Below are positions 23,718-33,089 of a DNA stretch of 64,000 bases, one piece after another; within the stretch, counting starts at the first letter, position 1; every line of letters starts with the position of its first letter. The notes below the pieces were generated by a model. It saw only the letters and a list, made by a program, of their open reading frames with translations. It was not told the origin of the DNA and made no database searches. This stretch comes from an uncultured Acidobacteriota bacterium (lineage in GTDB: Bacteria; Acidobacteriota; Thermoanaerobaculia; Multivoradales; UBA5704), in NCBI GenBank assembly GCA_963700145.1, contig OY969474.1:4096001-4160000 (forward strand), read 5' to 3'. The translations under genes and the position numbers were made by a program.

Positions 23718-23858
23718 GTCGCTATGGTGTCTCTATTGGCCCCATTCGTCAAGGCTCGGTGGGCGGGTAGGAGCCCCGGTTGGGCCGGTAAGTGCTACGG
23801 GCCAAGGTAAGGCAGGCGCCCGCGGCTCCACGGTGCGGCGTCTGCCTGCCAGCGCCGG

Positions 23859-24755
23859 CTACTTCCACACTCCGCCGATCGGCACCGCCTTGTCGTCTTC
23901 CAGTCCCAGTGTGCCTAGCTCGAACGCCTCCTCGATCGTCCGCAGGAGAGAGTAGTGGGTGTACGGGAAGTCGGACGTGGCGCCGGCCTGCACGGCGTCG
24001 CCGTAGAGCACGGTGTAGACGGGAGTCGTGTGGTGGTGGCTGCTCTCGTCGAAGGTCACGACGAAGAGCATCCCGTTCATGAAATCGGGGTCCTCCAGCC
24101 GAGGGCCGAAGGTTTCCTCGAGCCAATCGTCCGCGAACGCAACGTCTTTGGGCGAGTGGCCGTTGTTGTGGTTGTTGGGGATGAAGAGCGAGAAGTTCGG
24201 CAGCGTGTCTTTGTCGATGTCGGTCTGGAGCTCCGCCGCGCCGACCACGCGGCCGCAGCGTTCCGGGTCGTCTTGCACGTTGGTGTAGCTCAGGAAAGGC
24301 TCGTGCTTGCGCACGTAGAGACCGGACTCCTTTTTAAGGAAGCAGCCGCCCGGGTAGTCCTCCGCATACGACTTCCACGTCAAACCCTTCGCTTCGAGCA
24401 GGTTGCCGAGATGCCGGACATCCAGGTCGACATTCTTGTTGGTGTCCACGCCGTGGGTGCTGCCCGAGGTCAGCGCAAGGTAGTTCGGTTGGGAGGGTCT
24501 CGCGACAAATAAGTACTGGGTAAGGAATGCTCCCTTCTTCGCAAGCTCGCTTAGGAACGGCTGCTTCAGGGCGTCCTCGGCATCCGTATTCTCCAGGACG
24601 ACGATGAAGACTTTCTGGAAGGGGGCCGGATGCGGGAAAGCGGGCGGACTCTTCAAGAGCTCTAGCGCCGGCGGGGGCACCGGCGGCGGCGTCGAGCTAC
24701 ACCCGACGAGCAAAAGGACCAGGATTGCCAGACCGGACGGGACGAGGCGTCTCAT
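23859..24755 (-). CDS. Phosphoesterase-family (acid phosphatase-like) lipoprotein
   Basis: Lipobox LVGC, IVVLEN, PSQPNYLAL, VTFDES, THYSLLRTIE. Confidence 0.88.
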   Translation of the reverse strand: MRRLVPSGLAILVLLLVGCSSTPPPVPPPALELLKSPPAFPHPAPFQKVFIVVLENTDAEDALKQPFLSELAKKGAFLTQYLFVARPSQPNYLALTSGSTHGVDTNKNVDLDVRHLGNLLEAKGLTWKSYAEDYPGGCFLKKESGLYVRKHEPFLSYTNVQDDPERCGRVVGAAELQTDIDKDTLPNFSLFIPNNHNNGHSPKDVAFADDWLEETFGPRLEDPDFMNGMLFVVTFDESSHHHTTPVYTVLYGDAVQAGATSDFPYTHYSLLRTIEEAFELGTLGLEDDKAVPIGGVWK

Positions 24756-24833
24756 TGCCCTACCTCCAATGGCTTAGACGGACAGGGGCCAGGGGCTTCC
24801 GCCAATGACCGCAACCCGTGTGCCCCGAGGGCG

Positions 24834-24848
24834 TGGCACGCGCCTTGC
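24834..24848 (+). promoter_or_regulatory. Putative sigma54 promoter upstream of PBP1b
   Basis: TGGCACG-CGCC-TTGC, exact consensus. Confidence 0.65.
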
Positions 24849-24862
24849 GCAACGGCGGTCGC

Positions 24863-27652
24863 GTGGACGAGCGGCGACCCCCGATCCGCCAGCGTGCCTC
24901 CTGGGCGATGGTGCGCAGCGACCTCGCGGCGATGGAGCGGCGGCAGAAGATCGCCGTCATCGGCGGCTTCGCGCTGCTCGCGCTCTCCGTGCTGGTCGGG
25001 CTCTGGCTCGCCGGCTACCTGGTCCAGGTCTCCCGCCAGTTCCCCGAGGCGCCGTTCCGACAGCCCTCCCGCCTCTACGCGCGCCCGACGCTCCTAGCCG
25101 TCGGCCGGCCGGCCGGGCCGCGATCGGTCATCGGCGAGCTGCGCGCGGCCGGCTACCGTGAGTCGGAGGACGGCGGCCCGCTGCCGCAGGGCACCTTCCG
25201 CCGCTCGGGCGAGCGGCTGGCGATCCACCTGCGCAGCTTCCCCGACCGCGCGCGCGGCGGTCTCCCCGGCGGCGGCCGGCAGGTGCTCGTCGATTTCGAC
25301 GGCGGCCGGGTCGCGCGCATCCTGATCGCCGGCAGCCCGGCGCAACGGGTGCAGCTCGAGCCGGCCCTGCTCGCCACCTTCTACGGCCCGGAGATGGAAG
25401 AGCGGCGGCCGGTGACGCTCGAGGAGCTGCCCGACGACGTCGTCGAGGCGGTGCTCGCCGCCGAGGACCACGCCTTCTTCAGCCACCCCGGGCTGTCGCT
25501 GGTCGCCATTGGGCGCGCCGCCTGGGCCAACCTGCGCGGCGGCGGGGTGCAGCAGGGCGGAAGCACGCTCACCCAGCAGCTGGTCAAGAACCTCTACCTC
25601 TCGCCCGAGCGGACGCTGGCGCGCAAGGCGCGCGAGGCGGTCATCGCGGTGCTGCTCGAGGCGCGCTACGGCAAGAAGAAGATCCTCGAGGCGTATCTCA
25701 ACGAGATCTACTGGGGGTCGGCCGGCTCGACCAACCTGATCGGCCTCGGCGCCGCCTCCCGCGCCTACTTCGGCAAGGACGCCCGCGCCCTGCGGCTGGA
25801 GGAGGCGGCCACCCTGGCCGGCATGATCCGCGCTCCGGCCACCTACTCGCCGCTCGCCCACCCGGAGGCGGCGGTCGAGCGGCGCAACTGGGTGCTCGGA
25901 CGGATGGCGGAGCTAGGCTGGGTCGAGCGCGAGCGCGCGGCGGGGCTCGCCGCGCTGCCGCTCGCGGTCTCGCCGGAGCCGCCATCGCCGCGGCGCGCAC
26001 CCTACTTTGCCGACTACGCCGCCGCCGAGGCGCGCGAGCGCTTCGACGTCGACGACCTGGCCGGCGGCGGCTACGTCCTCTTCGCCACCCTCGCCTGGCG
26101 CGAGCAGCGGCTCGCCGAGGAGGCGGTCGGCGAGACCCTGCCGTCGCTCGAGCGGCGCTGGGAGCGGCGGCGGCGCAAGGAGCCGCTCCAGGCGGCGCTC
26201 GTCTCGGCCGACCCGCGCGACGGCGCCATCCTCGCCTACGTCGGCGGCCGCGACTACAAGGAGAGCCAGTTCGACCGCGTCGCCCAGGCCAAGCGCCAGG
26301 TGGGGAGCGCCTTCAAGCCGGTCGTCTACGCCGCCGCCTTCTCCGAGGGCGTGGCTTACCCCGCGAGCGTGCTGCGCGACACGCCGATCGTGGTGCGCTA
26401 CGGCACCACCGAATGGCGGCCGCAGAACGACGACCGCCGCTTCCGCGGCCCGGTGACGGTGCGCCGCGCGCTCGAGCAGTCGCTCAACATCCCGACGGTG
26501 CGGCTGGCGATGCAGATCGGGCTGTCGCGCGTCGCGACGCTGGCGCGGGACATGGGAATCTCCGAGGCGCTCGACCCGGTGCCGGCGCTGGCGCTCGGCG
26601 CCGCCTCGGTCACCCCCTGGGACCTGGCCGAGGTCTACGCCACCCTGGCGAGCGGCGGCGCCCGCCCGCAGCTCCACGGCCTGGCCGCGGTCTTCGACCG
26701 CTTCGGCGAGAACGTCCTCGGCGAGGACCTGGCGGCGCCGCAGCGGGTGCTCCACCCGCAGCCGGCGTACCTGGTCACCGCGCTCCTCCAAGGGGCGATG
26801 GACCACGGCACCGGCGCCTCGGCGCGCAGCTTCGGCGTGCGCGGGCCGCTGGCCGGCAAGACCGGCACCACCAACGGCCGGCGCGACAGCTGGTTCGCCG
26901 GCTACAGCGGCGACCGGGTGACGGTCGTCTGGGTGGGCTACGACGACAACGCCCGTACCCGCCTCTCCGGCGCCCGCGCCGCGGTGCCGCTGTGGGCTCG
27001 CTTCGTCAGCGCGGTCCGCCCGCCGGGCGGCTTCCGGCCGGTGCCGCAGCCGCCGGGGATCGTCACCGCGGTGATCGACCCGATGACCGGCGAGCTGGCG
27101 TCCGACTTCTGCCCGACGCGCGTCACCGAGGTCTTCGCCGACTGGCAGGTGCCGAGCCAGCCCTGCCGCCTCCATTCGTGGCAGACGCAGATGGCCTGGA
27201 TGGACCCCTCGTACGACCCGACGCTCTACGGCGGCGCCTGGGACCCCGCGACGGGCGAGCCGGTCTACGCCGGCGGCGGCTACGCCGGCTACGGCTACGG
27301 CGACCTCGAAGGGGCGCCGCTCGAGGCCGGCGCGGAAGGCGTGGCGCCGCCGGACGAGGGGACCTTCCGCCGCATGCTCCGCCGCTGGCCGCCGGCCGGC
27401 GAGCCGGAGCTGGAAGAGGGCGAAGGGGAGATCGACATCCGCCCGAGCCGGCCGTCGCGCCGGATCGAGCCCGTCCCGGTGCCGGCCGAGCCGGAGACGC
27501 AGGCCGCCGGGACGCTGGAGCCGGTCGAGCCGGTCGTTGCCCCCGAGCCGGTCGAGAACGGCGCCGATCCGCCGCCGCCGGTCGGGACCGACGGCGGCGA
27601 GCCGCCGGCGTTCGAGTCGGCCCCTCCCGACGCGCCCCCGCCCGCCTGGTAA
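24863..27652 (+). CDS. mrcB: Class A penicillin-binding protein 1B (UB2H, transglycosylase, transpeptidase)
   Basis: AEDHAF, GGSTLTQQLVKN, YLNEIYWG, SAFK, SLN, KTGT; start uncertain (24863 GTG or 24908 ATG). Confidence 0.92.
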   Translation: MDERRPPIRQRASWAMVRSDLAAMERRQKIAVIGGFALLALSVLVGLWLAGYLVQVSRQFPEAPFRQPSRLYARPTLLAVGRPAGPRSVIGELRAAGYRESEDGGPLPQGTFRRSGERLAIHLRSFPDRARGGLPGGGRQVLVDFDGGRVARILIAGSPAQRVQLEPALLATFYGPEMEERRPVTLEELPDDVVEAVLAAEDHAFFSHPGLSLVAIGRAAWANLRGGGVQQGGSTLTQQLVKNLYLSPERTLARKAREAVIAVLLEARYGKKKILEAYLNEIYWGSAGSTNLIGLGAASRAYFGKDARALRLEEAATLAGMIRAPATYSPLAHPEAAVERRNWVLGRMAELGWVERERAAGLAALPLAVSPEPPSPRRAPYFADYAAAEARERFDVDDLAGGGYVLFATLAWREQRLAEEAVGETLPSLERRWERRRRKEPLQAALVSADPRDGAILAYVGGRDYKESQFDRVAQAKRQVGSAFKPVVYAAAFSEGVAYPASVLRDTPIVVRYGTTEWRPQNDDRRFRGPVTVRRALEQSLNIPTVRLAMQIGLSRVATLARDMGISEALDPVPALALGAASVTPWDLAEVYATLASGGARPQLHGLAAVFDRFGENVLGEDLAAPQRVLHPQPAYLVTALLQGAMDHGTGASARSFGVRGPLAGKTGTTNGRRDSWFAGYSGDRVTVVWVGYDDNARTRLSGARAAVPLWARFVSAVRPPGGFRPVPQPPGIVTAVIDPMTGELASDFCPTRVTEVFADWQVPSQPCRLHSWQTQMAWMDPSYDPTLYGGAWDPATGEPVYAGGGYAGYGYGDLEGAPLEAGAEGVAPPDEGTFRRMLRRWPPAGEPELEEGEGEIDIRPSRPSRRIEPVPVPAEPETQAAGTLEPVEPVVAPEPVENGADPPPPVGTDGGEPPAFESAPPDAPPPAW

Positions 27653-27744
27653 ATCGCCGCGCCGGCTTGCAAAAAGGGAGCTGCGTCGAGCGCGCGCGGC
27701 GCTGCACCGCGGTCCTTTCCCCCGGGGGCATGCGCCGCGGCGCA

Positions 27745-27759
27745 TGGCACATCTCTTGC
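27745..27759 (+). promoter_or_regulatory. Putative sigma54 promoter upstream of ECF sigma factor
   Basis: TGGCAC-ATCTC-TTGC. Confidence 0.6.
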
Positions 27760-27919
27760 CATTACAGAAGCGCAGAGGCGGGTCGGCGGCGCGAGAGTCG
27801 CAACACCAGGAAGTGCAATAGCAGCCGCTGACCCGGGCCTCTCTTCTCCTTCCCCATCCGAAACTCCGGCGGGCGCGTAGAAGTGGCAGCCGCGGGTACG
27901 CCCGCAGCGAGAGCCTGCC

Positions 27920-28573
27920 GTGCAAACCACCGACAGCGGCGCCTACGCGCTCCCCGCGCCTCCGCCCCCTCTGGCGTATATTCCGAGGCCACCACCGGAG
28001 AGGACATCGCCGCTGGAGTCGCCACGCCCGGCCGCCGCGGAGCCGAGAGACGCCACCCTGCTCGAGCGGGTCGCCGCCGGCGACCTCGACGCCTTCCACC
28101 TCTTCTATGAGCGCTACGCCGGGCGCGTCCACGCCTACGTCCAGCAGCTGAGCCGCAGCCGCGAAGGGGCGGAGGACGTGGTGCAGGAGGTCTTCCTCGC
28201 CGTCTGGCGCAAGGCCGCGAGCTTCCGCCCCGAGCGCGGCGACGCCGCGGGTTGGCTCTACACGATGACCCGCAACAAGCTGGTGGACGGCTGGCGCCGC
28301 GCTGGCCAAGGCGCGGAGGCGGTCGAGGCGCTCGACTTCCAGCGCCTGCCGGCGGAGCGGCCGGAGGCGACCGAGCTGCTGCTGACCGTGCGCCAGGCGC
28401 TGGCGCGCGTCGCCCCCGACCAGCGGCGGGCGATCGAGATGGCCTACTTCGGCGGCCTGACCTACGAGGAGACCGCCGACCGGCTGAACCTTCCGCTCGG
28501 CACCCTCAAGTCGCGCATACGCACCGGGCTGCGCGCCATGCACGGCGTGCTGCAAGGGCGGCTGGGGGCGTAG
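27920..28573 (+). CDS. ECF RNA polymerase sigma factor (SigK-like)
   Basis: AEDVVQEVFL.VW, YFGGLTYEE.A..L..PLGTLKSRIR. Confidence 0.92.
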   Translation: MQTTDSGAYALPAPPPPLAYIPRPPPERTSPLESPRPAAAEPRDATLLERVAAGDLDAFHLFYERYAGRVHAYVQQLSRSREGAEDVVQEVFLAVWRKAASFRPERGDAAGWLYTMTRNKLVDGWRRAGQGAEAVEALDFQRLPAERPEATELLLTVRQALARVAPDQRRAIEMAYFGGLTYEETADRLNLPLGTLKSRIRTGLRAMHGVLQGRLGA

Positions 28574-28575
28574 CG

Positions 28576-29208
28576 ATGCACCCACCCGAAGAGACGCTCC
28601 TCTCGGTCGCCGCCGGCGAAGCCGACGTCGCCCACCGGGCGCTGGTCGAGGCGCACGCCGCCTCCTGCGCGGCCTGCCGCGAGGAGCTGGCCGCGCTCTC
28701 GGCGCCGGGCGGGTTGCTGCTGCGCGCGGTCGGCGAGACGCCGCCGCCGGCGGCGCTCTGGGAGCGCCTGGTGGCTCGCCTGCCGCCGCCTGCCGCCGCG
28801 GCGCCCTCGCCCTTGGCCGGCACCCCGGTGCCGCCCGCCGCGCGCGCCGAGCTGCCGGAGCTCGACGCGCTCGCCTGGCGGTGGCCGCTCGTGCGCGGCG
28901 CCCGCATCGCCACGCTGTGGACCGACCCCGACGCCGGCACCACGCTCCTCCTCGGCCACATGCCCGGCGGCCGCCCCTTCCCGCGCCACCGCCACCCGGG
29001 CGGCGAGGACGTGATGGTCCTGGCCGGCGCCTACGCGGACGACTACGGCCGCTGGGAGAGCGGCGCCTACGGCGTCTACGCCCCGGGCTCCGAGCACCGC
29101 CCGCTGACCGAGCCGCTGCACGAGTGCTGGATCCTCACCCGCCTGCCGCGGCCGGTCGAGCTCACCGGCTGGCGCGGCCTGGCGCAGAAGGCGCTCGGCG
29201 CGGCCTAG
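28576..29208 (+). CDS. ChrR-like anti-sigma factor (ZAS + cupin)
   Basis: HAASCAAC zinc motif, FPRHRHPGGED, EHRP cupin motif. Confidence 0.88.
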   Translation: MHPPEETLLSVAAGEADVAHRALVEAHAASCAACREELAALSAPGGLLLRAVGETPPPAALWERLVARLPPPAAAAPSPLAGTPVPPAARAELPELDALAWRWPLVRGARIATLWTDPDAGTTLLLGHMPGGRPFPRHRHPGGEDVMVLAGAYADDYGRWESGAYGVYAPGSEHRPLTEPLHECWILTRLPRPVELTGWRGLAQKALGAA

Positions 29209-30149
29209 CGGCGCTGGCCGGTGAACTGCCGGTGGTAGCGGATGTAGCCGCCCCTGGCACCGTAGCGCACGGCCCGTTGCAGCGACGAGGGGTGCATCCC
29301 CACGGCCGCCAGCAGCGCGTAGACGGGGTAGGCCAGAGTGCGCAAGATCGCCCTGCCGGGCCGGTGGTAGAGGTCGCTCAGGGCGACCTCCGCGCCGTGG
29401 ATCGCCGCCTCCTCGAGCATCCGCTCGCGGAAGCTCCCGTCCTCTTCCATCCAGCGCGCCAGGAGCTCGTGATCGGGGCTCTCGCGCATGGCGTAGCTGC
29501 CGCGCCGCTCGCCGCTCCACAGGACGATCACGCCGACCCGGGGAATGAACTTGAGGCGGGCGCCCGAGCGCCAGGCGCGAAAGAGCCAGGCCTGCGAGGG
29601 GGTGACGTACACGGAATCGGCCGCCGGCCAGGGGCCCACGGAGCCCGCCAGCTCGCGCCGGAAGACCCAGGTCGAGGCGCTGTAGAACGCGAACGGGCTG
29701 TAGCCGCCCGGCGGCGGGACCCCGGCGAGCCCGAAGCTCAACGGCGTCTGGCCGGCCCCGCGCTCGGGGGCGCCGTGGGCGACGGCGGCCGGCGCCCAGA
29801 CGAGGTCCGCTTCCTCCCGGTCGAGCTCCGCGACGCAAGTCGCCAGATGGTCCGGCAGGTGGATGTCGTCGTGATTGAGAAACGCGACGTAGCGGCCGCC
29901 GGCCAAGGCGATGCCGTGGTTGTTGGGCCCGCTCTGCTCGCCCGTGTTGCGCGGCAGGTTGACGAAGCGGATGCGCGGGTCCCGGAACGACGCCACGACC
30001 TCTGCGCTGTCGTCGGTGCAGCAATCCCCGACGACGATCAGCTCCCAATCGGTGAAGGTGGACGCGACGACGCTGCGGACGGCGTGTTTCAGCACCTGAC
30101 TGCGGTTGTAGGTCGCGACGACGACCGAGACCCTGGGGGGCCGGCTCAT
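29205..30149 (-). CDS. Glycosyltransferase family 2
   Basis: VSVVVATYNR, VGDCCTDDS, AFLNHDD. Confidence 0.9.
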   Translation of the reverse strand: MSRPPRVSVVVATYNRSQVLKHAVRSVVASTFTDWELIVVGDCCTDDSAEVVASFRDPRIRFVNLPRNTGEQSGPNNHGIALAGGRYVAFLNHDDIHLPDHLATCVAELDREEADLVWAPAAVAHGAPERGAGQTPLSFGLAGVPPPGGYSPFAFYSASTWVFRRELAGSVGPWPAADSVYVTPSQAWLFRAWRSGARLKFIPRVGVIVLWSGERRGSYAMRESPDHELLARWMEEDGSFRERMLEEAAIHGAEVALSDLYHRPGRAILRTLAYPVYALLAAVGMHPSSLQRAVRYGARGGYIRYHRQFTGQRR

Positions 30150-31369
30150 GACAGGCCCAGGATCCTCTCGGCCGTCTTCATCCCCATGTACGGCGTCATG
30201 GTGTACTTGCCGGTGTTCACCGAATGGTAGTTGCCGGCCGAGTACACGCCGATCTCGTGGCGCTCGTGGAGCTTGCTCCCGGGATCGTCGACGTCCGTGT
30301 CGCCCCAGGCGAAGATCACGCCGCCGCCCGGATCCACGTCCGCGAGGCGGAAATCCAGCGACTTGAGCAGCGGACACCGCTTCAGCCACTCCGCGTGGCT
30401 GCGGCGAAACACCTCGTACCGGCGCTCGGGCGTGAGCTCGCGCTCCCAGTCGGGCGGCTGGAGGGCGCGCGAGGTGCCGATCATCCCTTCCGGGTACCAC
30501 GAGAGGAAGAGCCCGTTCCTGCCGTAGTTGACGATGTCCCCGAAGGGTCCCAGGACGCAGGTGATCGACGGGATGTCCCCGTTGGACAGCGGCACCAGGA
30601 TCCGGTTCGCGAACTTGTACCGGTAGAGCCAGGGGTGGTCCTGACCCAGCCCCATCTGCGCGTCGATGTGCAAGCGGCCGTGCCAGAGGGCATTGGCGAC
30701 CTGGTCGTAGCGCTCGACGTAATCGTCGCCGTCCTTCTCGAACGACACGGCGAGCCCGCCACCGTCGCGGCGGGCCACCTCCGTTACCCGGGCGCCCCAC
30801 ACGCAGTGGATCCGCGGATGCGCGAGCGCGGCCGCGCGCAGCAGCCCGGCGACGGTCCGCGGGTCGACGGCCCGCTCGGAGGTGCGGAACATGGTCACGA
30901 AGTGCTCGGCGGCGACCGTGGACTCCATCTCCGTCCGGCTCAGCTCCTCGATCTCCAGCGCGCGATCGAGGCCGAGGTAGGGGGCGCCGCAAGCCCGGTG
31001 AAGCTCCTCGAAGAGCCGCTGGCAGCTCGCGTAGTGCGCCCGCAGCCCGTCGACGTCCACCATCGTCCCCACGTGCACGGCGTAAAGGAAGGGCGTCGAG
31101 ATCTCCAGCCGGGCGCGGTCGAAGCCCACCCAGCGGTCGAGGAGCGGGGCGAAGGAGAGGGCGCCGCGGATCATCAGCTCCGCCGTCCGCAGCGTGCGGT
31201 CCTTCGCGTAGAGGATCCCGAGGTGGACCTTGCCCTCGTTGTGGAAGCTGGCCCTGCGGATCGGCTCGTCGCACTGGTCGTAGAGATCGACGTCGAGCCC
31301 GCGGCCGGCCAGCTCGAGGGCGGCGCAGGTGCCGGTGTTGCCGGCGCCCAGAATGGCGATTCTCATCAT
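30146..31369 (-). CDS. FAD-dependent oxidoreductase (DAO-like)
   Basis: IAILGAGNTG Rossmann motif, ASFHNEGKVHLG, GKYT. Confidence 0.85.
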   Translation of the reverse strand: MMRIAILGAGNTGTCAALELAGRGLDVDLYDQCDEPIRRASFHNEGKVHLGILYAKDRTLRTAELMIRGALSFAPLLDRWVGFDRARLEISTPFLYAVHVGTMVDVDGLRAHYASCQRLFEELHRACGAPYLGLDRALEIEELSRTEMESTVAAEHFVTMFRTSERAVDPRTVAGLLRAAALAHPRIHCVWGARVTEVARRDGGGLAVSFEKDGDDYVERYDQVANALWHGRLHIDAQMGLGQDHPWLYRYKFANRILVPLSNGDIPSITCVLGPFGDIVNYGRNGLFLSWYPEGMIGTSRALQPPDWERELTPERRYEVFRRSHAEWLKRCPLLKSLDFRLADVDPGGGVIFAWGDTDVDDPGSKLHERHEIGVYSAGNYHSVNTGKYTMTPYMGMKTAERILGLS

Positions 31370-31447
31370 CGGGGGTCGTGGCGGCGAGTATATTTCGAGC
31401 CCTCCTGGCCCGCCGGTTGCACAGAGGCCGGGCCAGGAGGGGGGACC

Positions 31448-31999
31448 ATGGAACGAGTCCTCCGTACGTTCGAAGACCCGGTCGTCAGCCAGGAGGGCAC
31501 CCGGTACTTCGCCCGCGCCTGCGGGCGCGCAGTGGACAACCACTGGGAGGGCTGGCTCGAGTTCGAGCCAGCGGGCGAGGACGCGGTGCTACGCTCCGAG
31601 CGCGAGACGACGCAGCCCAACCAGACCGCCACCGAGTACTGGGCCGGCGGCCTCACCACGGTCTACCTCGAGGGTGCGCTGGAGCGCGCGCTCGAGCCCG
31701 TGGCGCCGGCGCCGCCGCCGTCACCCGTGGCCAGCCCCGCCTTCGGCGGCCCCGCGCCTCCGCGGCGCCCGCCGGTACCGCCGGCGCGGCCGATCCTCGA
31801 TCCGTTCTCGGTCTACGCCAAAGGCGAGGAGCTGCTGCGCAGCGAGCTCGGCGCGCTCGACGGCCGCCACCTGCGTGCCATCGCGCGCGGCTACCGGCTG
31901 GTGGACGAGCGGCGGCTGGACCTGGAGGTGCTGCCGGAGCCGGAGCTGGTGGAGCTGATCGTCACGGGAGTTCGCGCCGCACCTCTCCCTGGTGGGTGA
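31448..31999 (+). CDS. Hypothetical protein
   Basis: GGAGG RBS, ATG 31448, WEGWLEF...ETTQPN...YWA.GL..VYLEGAL; coding-like codon usage. Confidence 0.7.
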   Translation: MERVLRTFEDPVVSQEGTRYFARACGRAVDNHWEGWLEFEPAGEDAVLRSERETTQPNQTATEYWAGGLTTVYLEGALERALEPVAPAPPPSPVASPAFGGPAPPRRPPVPPARPILDPFSVYAKGEELLRSELGALDGRHLRAIARGYRLVDERRLDLEVLPEPELVELIVTGVRAAPLPGG

Positions 32000-33077
32000 G
32001 GAGGCAGCCGGCGACGACTTCGTCGGCGGGGTCGATCTCCAGCTTCCCGTCGCGCAGGAGGAGTTGGAAGAGGGCCTGGACGTTGCGCGCGTAGAGCGTG
32101 CTCGCGTGGTGCGGCACGGTGGCGGCGAGGTTCGATGGCGCCAGCACCAAGACGCCGCCGTGGACGACCTCGCGGTCGGCCTCCGACAGCTCGCAGTTGC
32201 CGCCCTGCTCGATCGCCAGGTCGACGACCACCGACCCCGGCCGCATCGCCTCGACCATCGCGGCGGTGACCAGCCGCGGCGCCGGGCGCCCGGGCACCAG
32301 GGCGGTGGTGACGACCGCGTCGGCGGCGGCCACCCGCTCGGCCACGATCTGCCGCTGCCGCGCCAGGAACTCCTCACCCATCTCGCGCGCGTAGCCGCCG
32401 GCGCCTTCGCCGCTCTCGGCCTGCGGCAGCTCGATGAAGCGGCCGCCGAGCGACTCGACCTGCTCCTTGACCGCGGCACGCACGTCGGAGACCTCGACCA
32501 CCGCGCCGAGCCGGCGCGCCGTGGCGATCGCCTGCAGGCCGGCCACCCCCGCCCCCATCACCACCACCCGCGCCGGCGGGATGGTGCCGGCGGCGGTCAT
32601 CATCAGCGGGAAGTAGCGCGGCAGGCGGGCGGCGGCGAGGAGCGCCGCCTTGTAGCCGGCGATCGAGGCCTGGGAGGAGAGGGCGTCCATCGGCTGGGCG
32701 CGGGTGATGCGGGGCACCAGCTCCATGGCGAGGGCGGTGACGCCGCCGGCGGCGAGGCGCTCGACCGTCTCGCGCTCGCGGTAGGGGGCGAGGAAGCCGA
32801 CGACGACCGCCCCCGAGCGCAGCGCGGCGGCCTCCTCGGCGGTGAGCGGCGCGACCTTGAGGACCGCGTCGGCGCTCCGCCAGGCGCCGGCGGCGTCGCG
32901 CTCGAGGCGCGCGCCCGCCGCCTCGTAGGCCGCGTCGGCGAAGTACGCAGCCTCGCCGGCCCCGGCCTCCACCGCGACCTCCAGGCCGGCCGCCGTCAGG
33001 CGCTTCACGGTCTCGGGAGTGGCGGCGACCCGCTTCTCCCCCGGCCGGCTCTCCTTCGGCACGAAGACCTTGGCCAT
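31962..33077 (-). CDS. pntA: NAD(P) transhydrogenase subunit alpha, part 1 (dI)
   Basis: PKE...EKRVA.TP, PRITRAQ.MDALSS, GAGVAGLQAI, GGYA, QGGNCE. Confidence 0.93.
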   Translation of the reverse strand: MAKVFVPKESRPGEKRVAATPETVKRLTAAGLEVAVEAGAGEAAYFADAAYEAAGARLERDAAGAWRSADAVLKVAPLTAEEAAALRSGAVVVGFLAPYRERETVERLAAGGVTALAMELVPRITRAQPMDALSSQASIAGYKAALLAAARLPRYFPLMMTAAGTIPPARVVVMGAGVAGLQAIATARRLGAVVEVSDVRAAVKEQVESLGGRFIELPQAESGEGAGGYAREMGEEFLARQRQIVAERVAAADAVVTTALVPGRPAPRLVTAAMVEAMRPGSVVVDLAIEQGGNCELSEADREVVHGGVLVLAPSNLAATVPHHASTLYARNVQALFQLLLRDGKLEIDPADEVVAGCLLTHQGEVRRELP

Positions 33078-33089
33078 CTCCCCTCCCGC

